Positions 52,201 through 60,939 are shown, numbered from the stretch's first letter. The stretch is 64,000 nt of DNA from Lingula anatina (GCA_051362555.1 CM120641.1:17980001-18044000); one strand, 5' to 3'. Program-made: numbers and translations. The notes: a model not told the origin generated them from the sequence alone.

Positions 52201-55149
52201 TATCAAAATTCCAATTGATAGCCAAATACTAATGCCATTTTCTAATTTAAAAGATTTTTTTCTAAATCTTTTAGGGTTAACACATAAACCAGCAGAGGCT
52301 TTGAGCGTTTATGAACATCAAATGATTACAGAGTAAAGTGCCTTAAAAATTACCAATAGGCATGCATTCAGCTTTTTATCTAGAATCAAACATTTGAATT
52401 GTTTTAAATTATAATATATTGGGTGATGACTTGTAATGGCTCTTCTTTGTATAGTCCAAGCAAAATAAAGATCAAATTCTGTAAATTAAAATACACTTAA
52501 GACATCAAAAAAAAAAAAAAAATCATAAAGAAAAATTAAACACAACTTTACATATTTCTGAAGTATTCTTATATCTCATTATGTTGGGTAAGGAAATTAA
52601 TGTGAGTCTCAGAGAGATTCACATACTTCCAAGTTGTCTCCATCAGCACTTAATTTAAGAAAGTTCATATTTTGTAGATATAAAACCTTCTCCCTTTTCT
52701 TTCCAGACATATGCTTACATCACAAACATAATTAAATCGCTATTACTGCTAAATAATGAATTTGTATATTGAAGCAGAAATGAGAAAGAAATGTATTAAT
52801 GGCTGACTTTAACAAAATTAATAAAGCTGTTATCTTAAACTCACACACCATGCTTCAAATATAGGAACTTATCTGTTTGATGGTTGATAAGTATCAGAAA
52901 ATTGTCGATGATCCCAGGAAATTTTGTTAATTGTACTAGGTCATCCCCAAACCCCTTTTTACCTATACAGGGAGGGGTAAATAGGAAGCACAGGATGCAA
53001 TTTAAAATAACACTGCAGATTGAAACCATATGGAGGAGGAACCAAGAAGAGCCATTAAGATAACCATCAAATCTTTTTTCGTCTTTGTTTAAAGTAAATC
53101 AGGTAAAAAAAAAAATGCACATGGGAGATAAAAACTGCCTTTTTTCTTCAGAGTGAAAAAGAGGGGGGGGGGAATCAAATATAAAATGTAATGGCAGCCA
53201 ATGAGTTTGGAATCAGTCAATATAGCACTTTACAAAGGGTGAGGCAGACAAATTCAATTTCAAAGGCGAATAAAGTGAGGCCAAGACAAACCAATCCAGA
53301 CCAACCTTTTTCATAATAGGGAAAATTCCATCAAATTGAATTCAAACTATAGACATATCATAGTAGCGAAATCAGGCAATTTTCAATTTAGGTGTCTTTT
53401 TGTATAGATATATCTACAACTTAGAGCAAAATTGAGAAGTTTTTCTTGAAGTACACAGTAATTATACAGTAAATTATAACAAAAATGCTTAAAATCTTTT
53501 CCAGTTGGATACACTTAATTCAATCATAAAAGCTGTTCAATTGCAGTTTCTATTTAGATATCATTTCATAATGATCTCCTACTATGAATTCGACCTAAAA
53601 AGACTTTAATTTCACATTCCATTATCAAATCAATTCACAATCTGCCTCATCTTCTATCAAAAGCATCAAGTATACTTTATCTCCTCAGTAATTCTGCTCT
53701 TAGATATTCCCCTCAGAGCGTTTCTATTTGTGTTTACACTACAGTGAAAGCTTAATTGCATTCCATATGGAACACCTTGAGACCTAAAGTACACGATGCA
53801 GGATTTTTTTCCCTATAACCTAGCCCTCACAAACGGACCATTACAGATGCTATATATATCAGCCCTTGAACTATAAGTACAAATAAAACAAGTTCAAACA
53901 TAATGCAAAAAATATTTTGATAAATAAATAAATACACAATTTTAAGTGATACTCTAAGTTTGTATTGAGAAATTTTCTAATTATTTATGGTTTCTCAAAG
54001 TATCTGTTATTGTGGTTAGTAAATATTAAAGCAGTGTATATACTGTCATGAAGCGAGACTAAATGAGGTGCTGCCACATATTGGCCAAATTTGAAACCAG
54101 GCAAGGTAAAGAAATTACTACCAAATATGCTGTATATGCCAACCAAAATGCCATCTATAATGATGATAATGCGGATTTGTAAGCAGGTTAAAAAGTAAAA
54201 AGAGCAAAATTGTTCACATTAAGTTCTCTGTCAACATTATACTCCTTAACATTAAAGCATTTTAAAAGAACCTTTGGAAAGGAAATAATCAGACCTGGGC
54301 CCTGTATCTCAAAAGCGTGATATCACATAGAGGCTATAGTGTATTACATGGGGCGAGTATGGGCGAGTTATGGAATCGAGACGCTTGCGCTCAGTCGCAA
54401 TGCGCGATGCTTTTGAGATATGGGGCCCAGGTCTTAGAAAACACAGCATTTATCACTCCTTAATCAGGTTAAAGATGGAATGTTCACACAGTGTGATTAA
54501 AAACTATCCAAGGATTCACTTAAATTGATTGTATCAATCAAAAAAGATAACATTTTTATGGACCTAGAATATAGGACTGACAGTGACCAACCTCACACAA
54601 AGTTTACAAATTTAACCATCTTTTAGCAGAATCCTATAGTTAACTGATGTAAAATATCCATAATTACGGAAACTGAAACATATGCATTTTCCAATTTTAA
54701 CTGAATAAAAATCAATTTTTTTTAAATTTACATATTAGTAATTTGCTTGAAGGGACCGATTTCAAATTTCAATCAAGCTTTTTTGGTACTGGACAAAAAT
54801 AAAATAAACAAATAAATGAAAAGTGTTAGTGCATCCAGAATTCAATGACTCCTGTGGCAGCAGCTTGCCTGATGCATCTACATAAAATCAAATGACAAGG
54901 ATGCATACCTTCCATTTCCATGCTGCTCCTAGAGCCAGAAATCTTCATACTTGGCACCTGTTTCAGTGCTGCTACAGGGACCAGCCCTTCTTGTTGAGCA
55001 GCACCCTCTGTGGACAGAGTACGAACTAAGCACCAGTCAGGTCTTTCTGAGGAGACAGATAGCACTTCCACTTGTTCTCCTTTGTGTATGGTAAGTTCTT
55101 GACTTTGAGCTGCTGAGTAGTCTTCCACTACAACAGCAACTTCACCACT
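1848..55149 (-). CDS. trio: Trio/Kalirin-family RhoGEF-kinase, 3' half (SH3-DH2-PH2-SH3-Ig-FN3-kinase), 31 spliced exons, 5'-partial
   Basis: Hand-spliced GT-AG exons with consistent phases. Motifs match vertebrate TRIO/KALRN as I recall them: [101 protein letters not shown]. Confidence 0.96.
3160..3381. mobile_element. Short TIR element or hairpin
   Basis: atggtaataacccacaaatt ... aattttgtgggtaattaccat inverted ends (about 20 bp). Confidence 0.55.
4850..4985 (-). CDS. trio: Trio exon: kinase end and C-terminal tail ([13 protein letters not shown]...[12 protein letters not shown])
   Basis: 136 nt, phase 2-0; reading through the CAG|gtactg donor gives ...HQVL* with the stop at 4841-4843. Confidence 0.93.
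5383..5562 (-). CDS. trio: Trio exon: kinase ([20 protein letters not shown]...)
   Basis: 180 nt, phase 2-2. Confidence 0.96.
5940..6115 (-). CDS. trio: Trio exon: kinase (PENLL...IDLGDA...GSPEFAAPE...TDIW)
   Basis: 176 nt, phase 0-2. Confidence 0.96.
6408..6546 (-). CDS. trio: Trio exon: kinase (LPSGRLFDY...[13 protein letters not shown])
   Basis: 139 nt, phase 2-0. Confidence 0.96.
6943..7143 (-). CDS. trio: Trio exon: kinase subdomains I-V (GRFSVVKK...VAAKFI...IILEL)
   Basis: 201 nt, phase 2-2. Confidence 0.96.
7548..7635 (-). CDS. trio: Trio exon: kinase start (DSSTL...YTELGELAR)
   Basis: 88 nt, phase 1-2. Confidence 0.92.
8558..8722 (-). CDS. trio: Trio exon: FN3, second part ([22 protein letters not shown])
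   Basis: 165 nt, phase 1-1. Confidence 0.94.
8920..8969. repeat. 25-bp tandem duplication (taataggtataaacatgtaatwgca)
   Basis: Two adjacent copies. Confidence 0.8.
9299..9360 (+). repeat. G29 run plus dispersed repeat ggcataaatacaatacc(c/a)aaatatctg (second copy near 47130-47170)
   Basis: Direct sequence identity between the two loci. Confidence 0.7.
9409..9540 (-). CDS. trio: Trio exon: FN3, first part (DVPDPPGMP...LDWMPP...GYTVE)
   Basis: 132 nt, phase 1-1. Confidence 0.94.
10062..10158 (-). CDS. trio: Trio exon: Ig domain, second part ([14 protein letters not shown]...LTVL)
   Basis: 97 nt, phase 0-1; GxYxC motif. Confidence 0.95.
10404..10619 (-). CDS. trio: Trio exon: Ig domain, first part ([14 protein letters not shown]...CQVCGRP...ASLK)
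   Basis: 216 nt, phase 0-0; I-set Ig Cys and Trp. Confidence 0.95.
11265..11476. mobile_element. Decayed MITE with GGCATGTTYAC termini
   Basis: ggcatgtttacatcagg ... cctgaagtgaacatgcc inverted ends; related ctgttcacatca fragments near 13461 and 17261. Confidence 0.6.
11560..11706. mobile_element. Short MITE, family A copy 2 (opposite orientation, decayed)
   Basis: aaagcatcacgaattgtgaccgagcgcaagtgtctctattccataactcg is close to the reverse complement of the copy-1 interior. Confidence 0.8.
12098..12221 (-). CDS. trio: Trio exon: basic linker ([14 protein letters not shown]...QQAVK)
   Basis: 124 nt, phase 2-0; resembles TRIO SWHTALRLRKK...VSVK. Confidence 0.88.
14908..15122 (-). CDS. trio: Trio exon: second SH3 ([12 protein letters not shown]...AAEGWIPG)
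   Basis: 215 nt, phase 0-2; donor chosen to fit the phase of the next exon. Confidence 0.93.
16077..16623 (-). CDS. trio: Trio exon: long Ser/Pro/Lys-rich low-complexity linker
   Basis: 547 nt, phase 2-0, inside ORF 16062..16898; ttccag acceptor, CCT|gtaag donor. Confidence 0.9.
17119..17164 (-). CDS. trio: Trio exon: [16 protein letters not shown] (PH2 C-terminal extension)
   Basis: 46 nt, phase 1-2; matches the p63RhoGEF/TRIO ALxSPIxYQ motif. Confidence 0.94.
17987..18164 (-). CDS. trio: Trio exon: PH2 end (VNKMSL...[17 protein letters not shown])
   Basis: 178 nt, phase 0-1. Confidence 0.94.
18657..18815 (-). CDS. trio: Trio exon: PH2 (DTVQV...[14 protein letters not shown]...YKNSIK)
   Basis: 159 nt, phase 0-0. 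Confidence 0.96.
19167..19202 (-). CDS. trio: Trio exon: [12 protein letters not shown] (PH2 start)
   Basis: 36 nt, phase 0-0; matches TRIO GKIVAQGKLLLQ. Confidence 0.95.
19485..19545. repeat. Dispersed repeat fragment (ctgtagccagca...tttttctga...ccttt), also near 44903-44965 and inverted near 6705-6750
   Basis: Sequence similarity seen by eye among three loci. Confidence 0.55.
19688..19816 (-). CDS. trio: Trio exon: DH2 end (DIMKH...[14 protein letters not shown])
   Basis: 129 nt, phase 0-0. Confidence 0.97.
20189..20281 (-). CDS. trio: Trio exon: DH2 ([31 protein letters not shown])
   Basis: 93 nt, phase 0-0; DH CR3 motif. Confidence 0.97.
20757..20846 (-). CDS. trio: Trio exon: DH2 ([17 protein letters not shown]...YFE)
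   Basis: 90 nt, phase 0-0. Confidence 0.96.
21131..21200 (-). CDS. trio: Trio exon: DH2 ([23 protein letters not shown])
   Basis: 70 nt, phase 2-0. Confidence 0.95.
21337..21381. repeat. (CA)n microsatellite
   Basis: Visible perfect dinucleotide run. Confidence 0.95.
21489..21592 (-). CDS. trio: Trio exon: DH2 (GYMEEM...[18 protein letters not shown])
   Basis: 104 nt, phase 0-2. Confidence 0.96.
21937..22003 (-). CDS. trio: Trio exon: DH2 start ([22 protein letters not shown])
   Basis: 67 nt, phase 2-0; DH CR1 motif. Confidence 0.96.
22223..22350 (-). CDS. trio: Trio exon: acidic pre-DH2 segment (EFGDNM...KYLQKRQ)
   Basis: 128 nt, phase 0-2; aag acceptor (tandem NAGNAG aag/gag), CA|gtaag donor. 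Confidence 0.88.
25328..25378 (-). CDS. Candidate alternative first exon [17 protein letters not shown]
   Basis: Strong AAG|gtaaga phase-0 donor, upstream in-frame stop; would join the pre-DH2 exon. Confidence 0.4.
26965..26996. promoter_or_regulatory. X-box-like site (minus GTTGCTATGACAAT) next to a TGACG half-CRE and a GTTGC half-site
   Basis: Motif match with a mismatch at the last base. Confidence 0.35.
27538..27624 (-). CDS. trio: Trio exon: [29 protein letters not shown]
   Basis: 87 nt, phase 0-0; resembles TRIO ELVSAIEELVKSKM. Confidence 0.9.
27876..28043. mobile_element. Tourist/PIF-Harbinger-like MITE, 168 bp
   Basis: About 50-bp imperfect TIRs (GGCCCCATT...AATGGGGCC), TAA target duplication on both sides. 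Confidence 0.85.
28074..28295 (-). CDS. trio: Trio exon: EQSEVH...[12 protein letters not shown]...HAKL
   Basis: 222 nt, phase 0-0; LPPPM motif shared with TRIO. Confidence 0.9.
29268..29345 (-). CDS. trio: Trio exon: [26 protein letters not shown]
   Basis: tttgcag acceptor, GAG|gtatg donor, 78 nt open, phase 0-0; no recognisable motif. Confidence 0.75.
29723..29752 (-). CDS. Candidate alternative first exon [10 protein letters not shown]
   Basis: aaaATG start, GTG|gtgagc phase-0 donor 377 nt upstream of the 29345 acceptor; TATA promoter just upstream. Confidence 0.55.
29785..29839 (-). promoter_or_regulatory. Candidate internal TATA promoter with bZIP site
   Basis: Minus strand: ATTACGTCAT (29839-29830), TATATAAAA (29821-29813), Inr-like TCA with A at 29788, about 31 nt after TATAAAA. 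Confidence 0.5.
30806..30887. repeat. Minisatellite, about 34-bp unit x2.4 (cagtcccata...)
   Basis: Three cagtcccata anchors about 34 nt apart. Confidence 0.7.
32384..32583. mobile_element. TTAA-flanked non-autonomous DNA element, family B copy 1 (Kolobok/piggyBac-type target site)
   Basis: ttaa|aggtacc...caggtact|ttaa; shares ataccatttytaattaaataatt and ggaaatatkgacrtcaggtact with 47661-47811. Confidence 0.7.
33710..33723. promoter_or_regulatory. Perfect RFX X-box GTTGCCATGGCAAC
   Basis: Exact 14-bp palindromic RFX consensus. Confidence 0.6.
34916..34979. repeat. Compound (CT)n(CA)n microsatellite
   Basis: Visible run. Confidence 0.95.
35815..36360. mobile_element. Young MITE, PIF/Harbinger (Tourist)-like, 546 bp
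   Basis: About 150-bp near-perfect TIRs (GAGCGCATTCTCAACG...CGTTGAGAATGCGCTC), TAA on both flanks, CpG-rich, no transposase. Confidence 0.92.
36913..36984. repeat. (GA)n microsatellite
   Basis: Visible run. Confidence 0.95.
37663..37845 (-). CDS. Candidate alternative first exon [16 protein letters not shown]...[21 protein letters not shown]
   Basis: agaATGG start context, 61 open codons with coding-like, CpG-rich composition, CGG|gtaaga phase-0 donor. Confidence 0.7.
46143..46296 (-). CDS. trio: Trio exon: [13 protein letters not shown]...KMSKEK
   Basis: 154 nt, phase 2-0; conserved KWLxxPVRxLS motif. Confidence 0.93.
47661..47811. mobile_element. TTAA-type element, family B copy 2
   Basis: ttaa|aggtatcctg...catcaggtact; similar to 32384-32583. 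Confidence 0.65.
48457..48568 (-). CDS. trio: Trio exon: Ser-rich linker ([11 protein letters not shown]...[13 protein letters not shown])
   Basis: ttttcag acceptor, AG|gtgag donor, 112 nt, phase 1-2; resembles TRIO SSPGPKR. Confidence 0.9.
49139..49204. repeat. (GA)n microsatellite
   Basis: Visible run. Confidence 0.95.
51642..51671 (-). CDS. Candidate 30-nt cassette microexon (G)KKKISREDT
   Basis: cttcctcactttgttcag acceptor, CAG|gtatgt donor, open in phase 1-1 like the host intron. Confidence 0.45.
54294..54431. mobile_element. Short MITE, family A copy 1
   Basis: TIRs cctgggccctgtatctcaaaagc / gcttttgagatatggggcccagg; internal sequence shared with 11560-11706. Confidence 0.85.
54909..55149 (-). 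CDS. trio: Trio exon: first SH3 domain ([11 protein letters not shown]...SRSSMEME)
   Basis: ttccag|AGT acceptor, GAAG|gtatgc donor, 241 nt, phase 0-1; SH3 motifs [19 protein letters not shown]. Confidence 0.95.
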
Positions 55150-55938
55150 CTGGAAATTGAAAAAATGACAAACTCAATGACAAGAGCTTTTGAGTTAAAC
55201 ATTTCACAAATGAACTGTTGACTTTGTTGTCTGGTGTCTGGCACTGATGGCAGTCCTGCGATTCAACAATGAAAAAACTATCAAAAAAAGAAAAAAAAAA
55301 GAAAAAAGAAAGAAAGAACATTAAAACTTAAATACATTCAGTTCTTCTTGGAATAAGTTGGCAGCATTACAAGCAGCATCCAATTTTAGATAAATTCATC
55401 TTCGTTGAATTCAACTGTGGTCTCAGTACAACAGGTTATACAGTGTTTCTAGGAATTAATTAAGATATCTGAGACAGAGGTATTCAACATGGATTCAGAT
55501 CCCTGCCAATCTGTCTACATACACAACATACATGAGGTGAAACCTATATCTGGGGTTGAGATGACTCATACCATGGTATTTATGTATGACAACATTCTAG
55601 GTAACATACTACATACTATGAGTTGGTTCCAAGGGTATGCCTATGGTGTCTACTTCTCAGTCTATATTCTATTACATTAATCACATTAAGCATAGCTTTT
55701 TTCTGTATATCCAAAGTAACCAATAAATGAATTAAGATTTTTTAAAATTAAATAACTGAATGTGAAAATAAAAATACATGATAAATTTTTGCTCTTACAG
55801 AAATGACAGAATGTGACTTTTTACTTAATAATATATAATATCGTTATTTGGAGCAAATTACATCATAATTTAGGAAATATGCACAACATTGAATTAACAA
55901 CTAAATTTCAAATTTCAAATGTTAATGCCAAGATGAAA

Positions 55939-55941
<3 letters not shown>

Positions 55942-55985
<44 letters not shown>
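55942..55985. repeat. (CA)n microsatellite
   Basis: Visible run. Confidence 0.95.
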
Positions 55986-55986
<1 letters not shown>

Positions 55987-56357
55987 TCATATATGCTACC
56001 TAACATCTGGGACTTACCACCTCTAATTCTAGTTCAAATACTTCCCAAGTCATATAAATATCTTTAGCACTATGGGTTCTCTCCATGAAATAATAGCTAT
56101 AAAGGTCAAAATGAGGTAGTTTTCTGTGACAATCAATATTCTCCATTGCTTAAAAATAGCCATAAGGACTAATTTGCCTGCGTTTCAGTAACACTAATAT
56201 ATGAACAGACAGACACACACATTTACAATAATGATAATCGAAGTTGATTAATTCAGACCAAGAACAGACTAACTGATGGCACCACAAGAAGTTGCTCAAC
56301 ATGGGGTTTACTAGTGTAAGTGGAATGTGGGTTAATTCGAAGGGATGTGATCATCTG

Positions 56358-56367
56358 ATGACGTCAT
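56358..56367. promoter_or_regulatory. Palindromic CRE ATGACGTCAT
   Basis: Exact CREB/ATF consensus in CpG-poor intron; function unproven. Confidence 0.3.
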
Positions 56368-57187
56368 AGGTATACTGTACTATTTTCAGCCTATATGTGA
56401 GCCTATCTGCTGACAGGACCTGAGACTTAATAAAGATGGAAAAGTAAATTAAGTAAACCAAAGCGAAACAGACCGAATCCTGAAAGCTAAACAACACAGT
56501 CGAAGTAAAATTTTTAATCCCCATGCCTATTGAAAACTAAGCACTGTAGAGAAATTAATCTTAATATCCATTTTCCAAAAGGATTTGTTATAAAAAGTGC
56601 TGTAATATCAAGTAATCAGTTAAGTGGCTTAGACCAAAACCTTGCTATCCTGAGCACAGCATATATAAGTAGTATGTCACGATTCAGTATATTTTTGAAA
56701 TCAACTTATACTTAAATATGATCATATTTCGAGGTCAACCAGGCACCAACGTACGGTGATAAAAATAATGTGCTTTTCTGCACTCTAAAGAGGAATGATG
56801 TATACTGCTTCTTCTTCTTCTTTTTTTTTTTCTTTTTTTGCTGCATCATATACCTCTCTTGATTTCTGTAGCCAGGTTCATTATTTAAATACTTAACCAC
56901 AGTCACAGTGAGAAATTTTGCACTATAGATATTCACATGTTTTACTGTACCATGCCCAGCAGGAATTTATGGAAAAATAGGAGAAAAAAGTCATCACCCA
57001 ACTGGCCTCTGGTTAAGGGTAACTTGTACCTGTTAATCAGTGAGGTAGAAGTTCCCCTCTGGTGTGAGCCCAAATATCGACGGATCTTGCACACTCCCAA
57101 CCATCTTACCCACCATAACTGATGGCTGAATCAAGGTGGATTCTAGGAGCAGCTTTGGCATGAAGCTAAGACTGGGTTCCCATACTT

Positions 57188-57405
57188 ATATCGATCCATC
57201 TGGATAGACCTAACTCCCTGAGGGTTCACACTAAATTGCTATCAGCTCAAGAGGCTTAAATGTCTGTCATGCCTACCCAAATCAGCTAGGGGTACGGATA
57301 ATTACCCCCTAACAGTTTTACTAAAGCGTGACAGACATTTAAGCCAGTTAGTTTGATAGCAATTTAGTGAGACTCGCCAGGGAGATAGACAGATCCAAAT
57401 ATCTG
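57188..57405. mobile_element. Fold-back (palindromic) element, decayed MITE
   Basis: cactaaattgctatca...ggcttaaatgtctgtca is mirrored by tgacagacatttaagcc...tgatagcaatttagtg; ggggta/tacccc at the centre. Confidence 0.75.
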
Positions 57406-58175
57406 TGGAAATGGTCCTTAACTATAATACTGACACCATTCCTCATCCACCCTTAATAATTATGACAAACCCATTATTGCCCTACCTCTTCTTACCCAAC
57501 TCCTCTTTCTTCCACCCTCCTACCTTCAACATGCATCCAAACTTCACGTTTTGATTGTTCTCATATCCACTACCATCTTTTTCAATTCTTACCATTCTAC
57601 TTGCACATGCACTATAATATTTCTATAAGTCAATTGCGTGAAACAAAAATACCCTTATACTAGTTATAGTGTGTCTGGCTTATTACATATACAGTTTGAC
57701 AAGAAGTTGCTCAGGTTAATAATTACATTGTTGAAATAATAACAGCCTTGCCAAAGTGGCAGCAAAGAAAATGATGCAGCATCTTCAGTGCAGAAAATAA
57801 AAAACCTTAGAAACATGCTCCCAGTGCCTTGGTTAAGATCAGATACATAATTGTACTATACTCAAAATAGATAGGCTTAAAATAACCTCCTGCCTCTGAG
57901 GGATAGACATAAGCTGTCTATATCATATATAAGGTCACTAGCGAGAGTATGGATAGACACAATATACATAATATAAACTAATAAATAAAACCCTGATTCC
58001 TTCATCAATTACCATTTTTTAAATATTTTGCCTTTCATTTTTTTTTATATTTTGCCTTTAAAGTAATTGGTTATTCACAGGTCAAGTGGTGCCCTGAAAA
58101 GGTAAGCTATAACATCTCACTTCTAAATCAAACAAGTGGCACTTTTTGTAAAATACAACACTTTCCATACCATAC

Positions 58176-58280
58176 CTTTTCCTCTTTTTCTGTATCATCT
58201 CCAAGACCAAGGCCCCTTCCAAGTGGGACTTGCATTAACTTAACAATATAGATCCCCAAGTATCCCAATGCTCCTGCCAT
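58176..58280 (-). CDS. Candidate alternative first exon MAGALGYLGIYIVKLMQVPLGRGLGLGDDTEKEEK
   Basis: gacATGG start context, 35 open codons, AAG|gtatgg phase-0 donor matching the SH3 exon acceptor. Confidence 0.5.
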
Positions 58281-59983
58281 GTCGACCAACTTAACACTGA
58301 CGTTTGCTGCACTATTTGCACTGTTCTCCACTTTATTTTCTATCCCTGGATGTCAATAGCTTAATGCAGCACTTTTACACCAGTATAAATCACGCAGAAT
58401 CATCGCATTATGTAGTTTTCATCATGCCTCATCAGGGGTGAATCATGGTTATTTTCCAGTTAGTTTCTATCAGTTGAGTCTATCTGTAGGTAATTCTAGT
58501 GTTACCATTGACTGACTGCTACATATATATTCAATCAAGAACAGATTGAGATACATCAGCATAAACCACTGCTGTTGTTGCAGAATGTCTGACAACGTTC
58601 GAATTTAGTGGACTGTGATGATCTAATTGACACGTGAATAGTGGGAGTTAAGCAATCAATTAACTGCCTCTTAACAACCGGGGGTTCCCAGGTAAACCAA
58701 AGTTTCCAGTGCATGCTTTAATAAGGCATCTTCTAAGTGAGCATCCCATCAACACATTAACAAAATCCACCACTTATTTTCTCAAAACAAATAGCAGACA
58801 CTAAAACAAGAGAAAATACCCGCAACCTTGACCACAAAAAGATAAACCTGGATCTCCAGCTGTTTTTTTTCCTAGGTTTGACCTCAGCTTGCTACCTGCA
58901 TAATATGCACAGGTGCAGAAAAATATGCACTATCTAATCTGAAGATAACAGGCTGTATTGTTCTACAGAATCTCTGGCCAACTGTCCCAAGTTGCTTTTC
59001 CCACTGCTGTTAGGTGGTTTGTAAGGTGTGCTTTCCACGAGCCTTGGAGACAATACTGTACAAAGAGAAAGTAGTCTGGCATAAGTAACTAAACTGCTGC
59101 ACTGAAGAGACAAATGCACTTTTAGCAGTTACTGATCTTTAGATGTCTATCAAAACTGTTCAGAATCAGTTTCTTATTGTTCAGAAATTCCTCTGCAGCT
59201 ATTGTTTGAGCACAAAAAAAAAGCATCTGTCGGGAAAACTCACAGTTCTGCTGGCTGCCAATGCAGACAATGCAATTTTGTTCTAAAACAAAGCATCTAA
59301 TGGCAATCACTTCTGTAGATTGCAATCAAAATTATTCATTTTTATGCCATCCAAAATTGGTGGTTTCTACAGAAGTTACCCTGCTTTAACCAGTGCTCTA
59401 ATTGCCAGATAAACCATCAGTGTTCACCGCCTAGTCCCCATGCAGGCAATGCATTCTTAGAAACCAGCTCTAATACTGCTGCTATTCTCCATCTGTCAAC
59501 GCCCAGCTCTGTGCTCAGGTGGAGAAAATCATTTATTATGACTAGGATCCACAACAGCTCTGTCACCTGGTGTACTCTAATTTCTCTATGTAGAATTCAT
59601 GTTGTTCATACAAAAGACAAAATATTCTTAGAGCATCTTGGCAACGAAACCATTTCAACTGCGTCAATCAGATCAACCACCTGAGGTCTAACTATGGGGG
59701 GAGGGGAAAGGGGGGCATCTCAAAAATACCACCTTCACATAACTTGAACATTATAGATCAGGTCAAATCCGTTATGCTGCCTTTCCCCACTGAAGCATTG
59801 ACTACCTGCTCTTGTGTGCTTTAATTACCATCCCAGTGGGATTTCTATATGCTATATCTATTTACAATAGACTTCTGACCAACAATACTAAAAGTCAGTC
59901 ATATTAAAGATTTTTCCTACATCAGTATGCACAGGTCTAAGCAAGCACATTCTGCACGGCATAATTAACCTGATATATCCAAG

Positions 59984-59997
59984 GTTACCATGGCAAC
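59984..59997. promoter_or_regulatory. RFX X-box GTTACCATGGCAAC
   Basis: Fits the GTNRCC-AT-RGYAAC consensus. Confidence 0.55.
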
Positions 59998-60906
59998 AAA
60001 CCAAAAAAGGAAATTGGCCTGGGAGATTATCAATAATAGACTCCATAATCCATCTGCAATAATCACCATGCAGAGACCAGGGTAGTTGATAGGTTGACAT
60101 ACATAAGGTTTTCAGCTTTCTTGAAAATTGTGTTACAAAAGGGGCTGGATTTACCTAAGAATTATCCCAACTGATGCAATGCACTGCTTGCAAGACAATT
60201 GGGTTCTCTGAGTAATCTACCTCTCTTTCTATGTCAATTTTTGACTAAAATAAAACCTGTCCTGAATGTGCCTTCACTGCTTTTTTTTAGGCCCACTTGA
60301 AAAAAACTCCACAGAAGCATTTTCAGAGGCCAGTTCTGCAATGGTTGACCCAAATTTTATGCATCTAAACACTACTCCACAAACAATCAAAAATATTGCC
60401 ACTTCTGAAATGCTAATTACTGGCAATGTTCAGTGAAGAACCTTGATGGTCCATGCACACCTAATGCATTCAACCTTCTTATCATTATAATATCAGTTGG
60501 TAAGTATCTGCTCTGCTTCAATTAAACCTTTCAGGTCACATATGCATTTACTGTTCTAACCTCACCTACAATGATCTGCATGTAAAAATTATTGGCCAAG
60601 GCTGGTACACCTGTTCTTAGAAAGTACAGAACAGTATAACCGGTGTTAAGTGTCTTACATTAGGTGTCAGAAATAATCGACAATAAAGACAACAAAAGGC
60701 ATTAGAGAGGTGACTGAGGATGATTTCCAGAAATGTGATAAATTCTGAGAAACCAAGAGTAATATTAGTTCAATGAGATATGAAGACACATGACAATGGC
60801 CATGATTAACTTCATTTTAACAAAGCAGCATTCTCAAACCAGTCACATGTTCAGGGTATGTGTAATATCAAGGGGTTATTCTCATTTTTAAAAAAGAAAT
60901 GAGTGC

Positions 60907-60907
<1 letters not shown>

Positions 60908-60939
<32 letters not shown>
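60908..60939. repeat. (ATT)n microsatellite
   Basis: Visible run. Confidence 0.9.
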
